Below are positions 1 through 7,780 of a stretch of 12,816 nucleotides of DNA, one piece after another (the stretch's first letter is position 1; every line of letters starts with the position of its first letter). This stretch comes from Vulcanisaeta sp. AZ3 (GTDB lineage: Archaea; Thermoproteota; Thermoprotei; Thermoproteales; Thermocladiaceae): NCBI GenBank assembly GCA_000960865.2, contig JZWU02000037.1, positions 1 through 12,816 on the forward strand, in the 5' to 3' direction. The translations under genes were made by a program, and so were the position numbers. Under the pieces are notes generated by a model. It was not told the DNA's origin. It saw only the letters and a program-made list of their open reading frames with translations, and ran no database searches.

Positions 1-2
1 CT

Positions 3-464
3 GGTCTAGTGGCCTTGTTGGCGCCTGAGGTTCTTGGGACGAGTGTTGGTTGGGTTGATATTATGATGTTCAATAAACTATCCCTACTCTACTCCCCAGT
101 GTTACCAATCATAGCCTTAATAGTATTATTACCCTTCCTCAAGATCATGGCGACAAGCCTAACCGTTGGTTCAGGGGGTAGTGCTGGCCTCGTCATACCA
201 ACCATAGCTATAGGTGGGTTCACAGGCGCGGCAATGGCCCTGGCACTCCAAGCCTTAACTCCAGGTTTCGTACCCAATACTGCGCCGTTCGTTATTGTCG
301 GTATAGCGGGGTTCATAACCTCGATGTTTGGGACGCCATTGGCAGGGATTGTGATGGCTATGGAGATTACGGGATACGACATAAACCTACTACCTGCCGT
401 AATAATAGCAGTACCTATTTCTTACATAATTTCCCATTATTATTTAGAGGCAACGCTTGAGTAG
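3..464 (+). CDS. ClC-family chloride/anion channel or transporter, C-terminal part (5'-truncated by the window edge)
   Basis: The frame is open from base 3. Hydrophobic helices carry ClC motifs: LKIMATSLTVGSGGSAGLVIPTIAIGG (GxFxP-type), APFVIVGIAGF, and TPLAGIVMAMEITG. Confidence 0.88.
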   Translation, partial: GLVALLAPEVLGTSVGWVDIMMFNKLSLLYSPVLPIIALIVLLPFLKIMATSLTVGSGGSAGLVIPTIAIGGFTGAAMALALQALTPGFVPNTAPFVIVGIAGFITSMFGTPLAGIVMAMEITGYDINLLPAVIIAVPISYIISHYYLEATLE

Positions 465-549
465 GTAAATTATTAAGTCAACCGCTGGCTTATTCAGTTA
501 ATTTAGGTTAACGGGTGAGTTTTTACCTATGCGTGAGGGATGAATAAAT

Positions 550-1467
550 GTGAGGTATAGGGACTTTAGTGGTGCTCAGGTTTCGGAAATTTCCTTTGGT
601 GCTTGGGTTCTTAGTGGTATGTATGGTAGGATTGATGAGGAGGATGCGAGGAGGCTTGTGAAGACTGCCATAGACCTGGGCATAAACCTATTCGATGTAG
701 CGGATGTGTATGGTAAGGGCCTCGCTGAGAGGAGGCTTGGGGAATTATTGAGGGGTTATGATGTGCATGTAACTACGAAGGTTGGTTATGACGTCTCAGG
801 ACAAAAGTTCACTAGACGCTATGATGCTGAATTCATTGAGAAGGCTATTAAGGAGTCTCTGGGAAGGTTAGGTAGGAGGCCACTTGCGGTATTAATGCAT
901 AACCCAACAGCAGATGATGTGAGGAGGTATTATAGAGTGTTTAGGGGGTTGGTTTTGAGGTTCGCGGGTCATGCGGGGATTGCATTAGGCCCTGAGACTG
1001 ATGTTCTTGAGCAGGGTATGGCCTCGATAGATGAAGGTGCGGAGGTCATCATGCTTGTGTTCAATGCCCTGGAGCAGGAGCCGGCCTTAACGCTGATCAA
1101 TAGGGCGGTGGGTAGAGTGGTTATGGCAAGGGTGCCGCATGCCACGGGAGCCCTAACAGATAATCCACAATTCACCTTCTCGGTAGATGATCATCGCTCC
1201 TTAAGGGACACGAACTGGCTTAAGGCTGCTGTAAGGATTGTTGATGAGTATGTGAGGCCTCTTGCTAGGGAGTTAGGTTTATCGTTGAGTCAGTATGCCC
1301 TTAAGTATGTCCTATCATACCCAATAACTACTGTGGTTGTTACGGCAACAAGGCCTGAGGAGTTGAGGGAATTTGTGGAGGCTAGCGATGGAAAGTCATT
1401 GCCGAGGGATCACCTTGAGAGGCTTAGGGAGGCTTATGAGAGGTTAAGCGCTATAATGAAAGGGTAA
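550..1467 (+). CDS. Aldo/keto reductase (Tas/IolS-like)
   Basis: VSEISFGAW, GINLFDVADVYGKG (catalytic Asp/Tyr), TTKVG (Lys), LMHNP (His), SLSQYALKYVL. GTG start with GAGGGA upstream. Confidence 0.92.
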   Translation: MRYRDFSGAQVSEISFGAWVLSGMYGRIDEEDARRLVKTAIDLGINLFDVADVYGKGLAERRLGELLRGYDVHVTTKVGYDVSGQKFTRRYDAEFIEKAIKESLGRLGRRPLAVLMHNPTADDVRRYYRVFRGLVLRFAGHAGIALGPETDVLEQGMASIDEGAEVIMLVFNALEQEPALTLINRAVGRVVMARVPHATGALTDNPQFTFSVDDHRSLRDTNWLKAAVRIVDEYVRPLARELGLSLSQYALKYVLSYPITTVVVTATRPEELREFVEASDGKSLPRDHLERLREAYERLSAIMKG

Positions 1468-1494
1468 TTAAGGGGTTATAGGGATAGTAAGTGT

Positions 1495-1544
1495 GTGAAG
1501 AGGACCGCCATGACTGAGGTATGATGAGGAACTTGGGTTCTTGA
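1495..1544 (+). ncRNA. Box C/D 2'-O-methylation guide sRNA (targets not identified)
   Basis: C GTGAAGA 1495-1501; 12-nt guide GGACCGCCATGA; D' CTGA 1514-1517; C' ATGATGA 1521-1527; 13-nt guide GGAACTTGGGTTC; variant D TTGA 1541-1544. Intergenic with canonical archaeal spacing. Confidence 0.72.
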
Positions 1545-1552
1545 TAAAAGAG

Positions 1553-1585
1553 GAATTAACCTCATTGGCGGTGAGGGGTTAATTC
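1553..1585. repeat. Imperfect inverted repeat / hairpin downstream of the sRNA
   Basis: GAATTAACC (1553-1561) is the exact reverse complement of GGTTAATTC (1577-1585). An inner TCA/TGA pairing extends the stem. Confidence 0.6.
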
Positions 1586-1672
1586 GAGGGCCTTGTTCTT
1601 ATCTTGTTCAAATCCACGATCACCTCTAGCATGGGTTAATTTGTTAAATTTATTTCCATATTAATCCTAGCA

Positions 1673-2251
1673 ATGAAGCCTGCGGAATTCACTACGCTAA
1701 TACTCGATCTGTACAATAGGTACGGTGAGAAACTTGGGATTAATGATGTGTATGCCTACAGCGCATTGGGTAGGGTTATTAAGGCAGTTGGTGAGGTAAT
1801 TATGTCACCTAAGTCACCCCTGGTCATGGATAAATCACCAAAGACGCTCACCATGTACCTACTCAGCAATGGCTCCATCATAGCCCTAACCAACCTACTA
1901 ATAAATGTGGATTTAAGGGATTGTGGTGGGGAAACCATAGAGGTAACTAATGACTTGTATAAGCCACCAAGTAGGTTTGTGGTTCTGGACGTGAGTGATT
2001 GCAATAATGACTTAGTGAGGGGTGTAGTTACTCTGGGTAGGAGGTTTAATGTGAGGCTTGGTGTTTGGTTCATTAAGGAGTTAGGTATGGAGAGCTTGGG
2101 TCTTGGTTTTAGGGGTTCGTTGGGTGGTGGCTTAGTTTCCCTGGTTAGGTTGGTTGTTGTTATGATAGGCCTATCAAATATAAGGGGTATTAATGATTTG
2201 GAAAGGATTGGTAATATTATTGATAATACCTTGAGGAATCTAGGACTTTAA
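1673..2251 (+). CDS. Hypothetical protein (192 aa)
   Basis: ATG-initiated ORF with host-like codon usage and AT-rich TATA-like sequence about 25 nt upstream (1643-1653). No family recognised. Confidence 0.75.
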   Translation: MKPAEFTTLILDLYNRYGEKLGINDVYAYSALGRVIKAVGEVIMSPKSPLVMDKSPKTLTMYLLSNGSIIALTNLLINVDLRDCGGETIEVTNDLYKPPSRFVVLDVSDCNNDLVRGVVTLGRRFNVRLGVWFIKELGMESLGLGFRGSLGGGLVSLVRLVVVMIGLSNIRGINDLERIGNIIDNTLRNLGL

Positions 2252-3250
<999 letters not shown>

Positions 3251-3297
3251 CTACGCCTAGCACAAAGGCATTAATTTGGTGAGGGGTTCATTTAGGT

Positions 3298-3846
3298 GTG
3301 GGTTACTTTTACGGTGTATTACTAAAGGATTTTGAACTAAGCTTAGAACCGGTAATCAATATATTACCTACAATACCTGTTGAGAGAGGCAACCACCACA
3401 TAACAATACTATACCTTGGCGATAAACCACCAAGTAGGAATGCAGAGGACAAGGTCGCACAGATTATTGAGGGCACTCAATGCTTCACAGTAACCCTGGG
3501 CGACTTAACTCTATTGCCGGCGATGTTAAAGCCGAGGGTAATCGCAATTCAGCTCATAAATATAGAGAGGCTTGCAAGGTTAAGGGCGTCAATACTAAAT
3601 GTTCTGAGAGACTTAGGGGTTAGGGTTAGTGATGAATATTTAAGCGACTTTAAGCCTCACATAACAATAGCCTACATAAGGAGTAAGGTGGATCCGCAAT
3701 ATCTAATGGAGTTAAGGCATGAATTAATCAAGAATGAATTTAGAGACAAGTCATTATTAATTAATAAGGTTTCATTAATAAGGGCGCAGGGAAACACATA
3801 CACAGAGATCACAACACATAAAATGCAATGCCCACAACAAGATTAA
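3298..3846 (+). CDS. thpR: 2H phosphoesterase, RNA 2',3'-cyclic phosphodiesterase / 2'-5' RNA ligase (LigT/ThpR family)
   Basis: Two HxT motifs (HHITILYLG; FKPHITIAY), a KPRVI motif, and typical length of about 180 aa. Confidence 0.85.
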   Translation: MGYFYGVLLKDFELSLEPVINILPTIPVERGNHHITILYLGDKPPSRNAEDKVAQIIEGTQCFTVTLGDLTLLPAMLKPRVIAIQLINIERLARLRASILNVLRDLGVRVSDEYLSDFKPHITIAYIRSKVDPQYLMELRHELIKNEFRDKSLLINKVSLIRAQGNTYTEITTHKMQCPQQD

Positions 3847-3900
3847 GAAACAAGACAATGCAAAACAAATAAGGCAGATCCTAAGGTAACCTCGATAAAT

Positions 3901-4038
3901 GAAATCCTCGCCATTTATGACGGTTTCATTTCATTGGCTCCTTATTTTGTTTTAATGAGTAGGGTTTGGGAATTCAGATTCCCTAAGAGAGCCTCGAGGT
4001 TTCTTCCTCACCCTCTTTATCATATGGGCAGGGGTTTC
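3901..4038. mobile_element. Degenerate IS200/IS605-family end-like palindromes (non-autonomous remnant)
   Basis: GAAATCCTCGCCATTTATGACGG (3901-3923) and, inverted, CTTCCTCACCCTC...GGGCAGGGGTTTC (4003-4038). Both resemble the element at 5888-5923. They lie in an ORF-free 272-bp gap between convergent genes. Confidence 0.4.
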
Positions 4039-4118
4039 TGCTTCTCGTGATCGCCTCTCCAATGGTTAATAAAACTCCGAGTAAGGAGGGAGTTAGATGA
4101 TGGAATAAATCATGCCTA

Positions 4119-4763
4119 TTACTCTTTATTTAGGAGGTACTTATTATACGCCATGATTAATGCATTATATACAGCCCTCACGATGGCCCTCCCTACTGTG
4201 GTGGCAGGCCCTGCGTACGGCTCGGGCTCGTCATTTGTTGGCGCTATTACGGCTATGGCATCGCTTGTGGTTCCATGAATACCAACTAAGCGGTCAAATG
4301 TTAATGCCTTAACCTGGGCTGTTAGGGTTATTGCGTCTATCATTGCTTGTATGGTTAGGGCTTTATTGATTATTATGGCTGTGTTTATTGTTGATGGGGC
4401 TGCAGGGCTGTACGTTAAGTCTCCATTGCTCATCTTGTATGGGTTTGATAGTCCCATAGTTATGGATACCCAAGTCTCAACCTGGCCCATGGTCTCTCTA
4501 TGTATTGTGTGGTTTCTCGGTAATTCAGTTGCGGTGAGGAAGGTTATAGTCTCATTGGTGTTCATTGCATGTCTCTTGTGAACCTCCATAACCTCCATCA
4601 ATGGGTCTTTATTGAAGTCCTTCGGTACTTGGTGGTGAATCACATATCTAATACTGTTTCTTAATCCGCCATCCACTGTACTTGCCAGGGCCATGGCGGT
4701 ATCACTTAACCTTATTATTATGTCACTACCCCTATGAATTACACTCGTAATCATTCCGTACAA
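4119..4763 (-). CDS. cbiZ: Adenosylcobinamide amidohydrolase (CbiZ family)
   Basis: ALASTVDGG, HHQVPKDF, FLTA, ITMGLSNP, STINTAIII, GTTSDAIAV, YAGPATTVG. Start is either TTG 4763 or ATG 4754. Confidence 0.82.
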   Translation of the reverse strand: MYGMITSVIHRGSDIIIRLSDTAMALASTVDGGLRNSIRYVIHHQVPKDFNKDPLMEVMEVHKRHAMNTNETITFLTATELPRNHTIHRETMGQVETWVSITMGLSNPYKMSNGDLTYSPAAPSTINTAIIINKALTIQAMIDAITLTAQVKALTFDRLVGIHGTTSDAIAVIAPTNDEPEPYAGPATTVGRAIVRAVYNALIMAYNKYLLNKE

Positions 4764-4786
4764 CGTTTTGCCACTTAACTTATTAG

Positions 4787-4836
4787 TCTGTTCATGAATG
4801 GATCATCACATGCTCAGCTAACTCTGACCTCTTCAC
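4787..4836 (-). ncRNA. Box C/D guide sRNA, predicted dual guide for 23S rRNA domain IV
   Basis: Minus strand: C GTGAAGA 4836-4830; guide GGTCAGAGTTAG; D' CTGA 4817-4814; C' GTGATGA 4809-4803; guide TCCATTCATGAA; D CAGA 4790-4787. Both guides are 12 nt and complementary to conserved LSU sequences UAACUCUGACC and CAUGAAUGGA (recalled, not aligned). Confidence 0.88.
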
Positions 4837-4855
4837 CAGTTATCTTAAGGCTTTT

Positions 4856-4865
4856 GCTTTTAAAT
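4856..4865. promoter_or_regulatory. TATA box, possibly used in both directions (sRNA/cbiZ and OCD gene)
   Basis: TTTTAAA at 4858-4864 is about 22 nt from the GTG at 4886 and about 22 nt from the C box at 4836. Confidence 0.5.
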
Positions 4866-4885
4866 GACTTTTCACTACCTATCTT

Positions 4886-5842
4886 GTGCTACTGATAAGT
4901 GAAGAGGACGTTAATGAGCTTGTTACCTTTAGGGATGTAATCACTGTTGTTGAGGAAGGCTTTAAACTACTTGGTAGTGGTAATGCGGTTAATCTGCCTA
5001 GGCGTAGGGCTATTGTTCCAGGCGCAGTTCTTCATGTGCTGCAAGGCGTTGTTTTAGGTAATTATGGTGTTGCTGGTTTAAAGACATACCTTAGTACTAG
5101 GCATGGGACTAGGTTTGTTGTTTTGCTCTTTGATATTAATAGTGGTGAGTTGCTCTCGGTCATTGAGGCTGATAGGCTTGGTCAATTAAGGACTGGCGCT
5201 GCTAGTGCTGTGGCCACGAAGTACATGGCTAGGAAGGACTCCTCTGTAATTGGTATTGTGGGTTCTGGTACTCAAGCTAGGGCGCAATTTGAGGCCTTGA
5301 TTGAGGTGGTTAATACTAAGCTTGTTAAGGTCTTCAGTAGGTCTAGCGAGCATGCCGAGGAGTTTGCTAGATTCATTAGGTCTAGAGGTTTTGACGCAGT
5401 TATTGCCGGGTCTTATGAGGAAGTGTGCAAGGGCGTTGATGTTCTAGTTACTGCAACAAGCTCGAAAGAACCATTCATTAGAGGCGCATACCTTAGTGAG
5501 GGTATGCATATAAACGCCATTGGTAGTAACTGGGCCAATAGGTCAGAGTTAACACCGGATGCCGTACTAAGGGCTGACGTGATTGCGGTCGACGATCCAG
5601 CACAAGCCAGGGAAGAGGCTGGTGACTTAATCATGGCGGGTGATGCTGTATGGGGTAGGGTTGTTCCACTGAGTGACATTGTTGTTGAGAAGGTAGTTGG
5701 TAGGCGTGGGGATTCTGCAATAACCATATTTAAGTCCCTAGGTATTGCGATTGAGGACCTAGTTCTCGCCAAACTAATTTATGACAGAGCTATGAGGGAG
5801 GGTCGTGGTAGTGAAGTAGAATTCAAGGGCTACTTTAGATAG
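4886..5842 (+). CDS. Ornithine cyclodeaminase / mu-crystallin family (archaeal alanine dehydrogenase-like)
   Basis: LGQLRTGAASAVATKYMAR, IGIVGSGTQA (NAD binding), DVLVTATSS, HINAIGS, ITIFKSLGIAIEDL. Confidence 0.92.
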   Translation: MLLISEEDVNELVTFRDVITVVEEGFKLLGSGNAVNLPRRRAIVPGAVLHVLQGVVLGNYGVAGLKTYLSTRHGTRFVVLLFDINSGELLSVIEADRLGQLRTGAASAVATKYMARKDSSVIGIVGSGTQARAQFEALIEVVNTKLVKVFSRSSEHAEEFARFIRSRGFDAVIAGSYEEVCKGVDVLVTATSSKEPFIRGAYLSEGMHINAIGSNWANRSELTPDAVLRADVIAVDDPAQAREEAGDLIMAGDAVWGRVVPLSDIVVEKVVGRRGDSAITIFKSLGIAIEDLVLAKLIYDRAMREGRGSEVEFKGYFR

Positions 5843-5887
5843 GCGGTTTGGCAACTCAATTAATCTAGCAATCAATTACAATAAATT

Positions 5888-5923
5888 GAAAGCCCCATCC
5901 CTTTAGGGTAGGGAGGAAGTTAG
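5888..5923 (+). mobile_element. Solo IS200/IS605 (IS1341-like) terminal palindrome remnant
   Basis: GAAAGCCCCATCCCTTTAGGGTAGGGAGGAAGTTAG forms a hairpin (CCC-TTTA-GGG core) and resembles the archaeal tnpB-element end GAAAGCCCCGCCCTTTAGGGCGGGGAGGAGGTCA (from memory). No transposase is adjacent. Confidence 0.62.
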
Positions 5924-6486
5924 CCCTGTAATGTATTGTTAAGGTTAATGAGGTCATTTGGAGTATCAATGTCTATTAAAACCTCGGGACCACACTCAAC
6001 GAGACAAACATCACTCCTACCCCTCAGTATCTCCCTAGCACCCACATCCCCCCTTACCCTCATTAATTCTCCGTAGAGTGTCTTATGAATGAGAACTGGA
6101 TTACCCCTGAGACCGTTATGTGTTGGTATGACTGCTGAGCAACCATCATGATATGTACTTAGGATTCTAGTCACCGTGTCCTTAGTTATTAGGGGCATAT
6201 CACTAAGCACAATCAACACAGCATCATAATCCAAGAAGAACCTCAGACCAAGCCTTATTGAGGTGCTCATACCCTCCCTATAATGGGGATTATAAATCAC
6301 GACCTCACCCCTAAGATAGGGCATTAATTCTTCCGCATAGGCACCAACAACCACAACCCTCTCCAAACCCTCCAATGCCTTCAATACACGAATTATTACT
6401 GGCTCACCATTAACAACACTCAATAACTTATTCCCACCGAACCTACTACCCTCACCTGCCGCCAATACAATGGCCCCAACCCTCAT
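5920..6486 (-). CDS. MobA-like NTP transferase (molybdenum cofactor cytidylyltransferase MocA-like)
   Basis: LAAGEGSRFGGNKLL, NPHYREGMSTSI, LSDMP, GNPVL, GDVGAR, DIDTPND. Confidence 0.9.
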   Translation of the reverse strand: MRVGAIVLAAGEGSRFGGNKLLSVVNGEPVIIRVLKALEGLERVVVVGAYAEELMPYLRGEVVIYNPHYREGMSTSIRLGLRFFLDYDAVLIVLSDMPLITKDTVTRILSTYHDGCSAVIPTHNGLRGNPVLIHKTLYGELMRVRGDVGAREILRGRSDVCLVECGPEVLIDIDTPNDLINLNNTLQG

Positions 6487-6488
6487 CC

Positions 6489-6857
6489 CTACTCCTCATA
6501 ATCCCCAATACTCTCCTCCCTACCATGCCTCACAATCCTAACCCTCGTCTTTATGGGTACATGAAGTCCAAGCCTCTCGAGTATTTGGTAAAGTTCATAA
6601 TCCTGGAGCTCATTTAATTTACCGTTTAGGTGCAACTCGACTAATTGCTTAAAGACTTGTAGAGCTGTGTCTTTGTAGAGTTCTAGGGCGTTGTTTATGA
6701 TTTCCTCTGCCCTATCTCCCTTGGTTATCCTCTTAATGATGCTTATAATGTCATCACGAGTAAGAGGTTTCTTACCCTCCTCCCTTGCCTGAGTCTTCCT
6801 CATCATCTCCATCATCATTTTCCTCATTATTCTCTCCCTCTCCTCATCCACGCCCAT
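6489..6857 (-). CDS. PDCD5-related (TFAR19) double-stranded DNA-binding domain protein, divergent
   Basis: DEERERIMRKMMMEM N-terminal helix and QLVELHLNGKL..LQDYELYQILERL resemble the PDCD5 pattern. ATG 6857 is preferred because TTTTAAA (6887-6881) lies about 25 nt upstream. The gene ends 2 nt before the MobA-like gene. Confidence 0.62.
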   Translation of the reverse strand: MGVDEERERIMRKMMMEMMRKTQAREEGKKPLTRDDIISIIKRITKGDRAEEIINNALELYKDTALQVFKQLVELHLNGKLNELQDYELYQILERLGLHVPIKTRVRIVRHGREESIGDYEE

Positions 6858-6878
6858 AACAAGTAGTGAACTATTCAT

Positions 6879-6910
6879 TCTTTAAAAGCCTTTGATATCA
6901 GCTTTTTAAT
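6879..6910. promoter_or_regulatory. Back-to-back TATA boxes of divergent genes
   Basis: Minus-strand GCTTTTAAA (6889-6881) serves ATG 6857. Plus-strand GCTTTTTAAT (6901-6910) serves GTG 6933. Confidence 0.55.
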
Positions 6911-6932
6911 CAGCCTTATTAATTTATCAATC

Positions 6933-7682
6933 GTGGAATTCCTCGCCAGCGTGAAGCCCAATGCAGGGAACACACCTAGGCTTAGCATCCCCGTGGAACT
7001 TGACGTAAGGGGTTTACAGAACATTGATGAGTTCCTACCCCTACTAGCCGTGGAAATTGAGGACCTAGGCCTCAGGGTTAACCAGGTTAGGATTAGTGGA
7101 CTTAGGCATAGAGGTGATGCTGAGAGATTCCTCAGGCTTTTGGATTACTTAAATGTTGATCATATGGTGGCCAAGCCAGGCATTAACGATGCGAATAGAC
7201 TTGCTGAGTTGTTGGATGAGGCTTCAACGTATGGTATTAGAGTAATTTGGGAGTTCGGTGTAGGCAAGTTCCTAAAGTCGCCTGACGAGGTTTATGAGTT
7301 AGCTGACGAGGTTTCTCCATATAGGTTGGACTTGGCTCTCCATGTGGCTAGGGAGAGGAGTTTGAGGGATTTTGTGAGGAGGTTTGTAGAGTTGAGTGGT
7401 TATGTGAGGACTGTGTACTTTAGTAATAAGAGAGGTGGTTCCTTCGGCTTACCCATATTTGATGGGTCCATAGACTACTTGAAACTAACGAAGATCCTTC
7501 AAGTGCTTAGGTATGAGGATAACGTGGTACTTCATTACTTACCTATTTATTACGGTAGATACGCCTCAGACAGTGAGGTGTTGAACACCTTCATGAACTC
7601 TCTAGGTAATGAAGCAGCTGATAAGGGGCTATTACGATCCCTGGATAGAATAATCAATGAAACCCTACAGCAAGGTCAATAA
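6933..7682 (+). CDS. Hypothetical protein, probable degenerate xylose-isomerase/AP-endonuclease-2-like TIM barrel
   Basis: ASTYGIRVIWE, VRTVYFSN, GLPIFDGSIDYLKLTKILQVLRYEDNVVL follow the sugar-phosphate isomerase/epimerase pattern. Confidence 0.55.
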   Translation: MEFLASVKPNAGNTPRLSIPVELDVRGLQNIDEFLPLLAVEIEDLGLRVNQVRISGLRHRGDAERFLRLLDYLNVDHMVAKPGINDANRLAELLDEASTYGIRVIWEFGVGKFLKSPDEVYELADEVSPYRLDLALHVARERSLRDFVRRFVELSGYVRTVYFSNKRGGSFGLPIFDGSIDYLKLTKILQVLRYEDNVVLHYLPIYYGRYASDSEVLNTFMNSLGNEAADKGLLRSLDRIINETLQQGQ

Positions 7683-7780
7683 CCTCAACCCTCCAGTAAA
7701 TTAAGTGAACTTGACAAACTAAGCTATTCTAATTAACCATAGAATAATCCCTTATTTATTATCACGACGCTTGGGAGTTA

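Noticed and set aside
465-549. Fluoride riboswitch associated with the ClC gene
   Set aside because: The region is downstream of the gene and has no GGCGATGG-type motif.
1502-1513. 16S rRNA GCAUGGCCGUCG as the target of the first sRNA's D' guide
   Set aside because: It needs a central mismatch plus terminal mismatches, which is too weak for a guide duplex.
1601-1625. GTTCAAATCC resembles a tRNA T-loop (possible split-tRNA half, as known in Caldivirga)
   Set aside because: The flanks TCTTG and CCACG do not form a T-stem, and no acceptor or anticodon arm is visible.
4899-4908. Third GTGAAGAGG C-box-like motif
   Set aside because: It lies in OCD coding sequence (S-E-E-D) and has no correctly spaced D', C' or D boxes.
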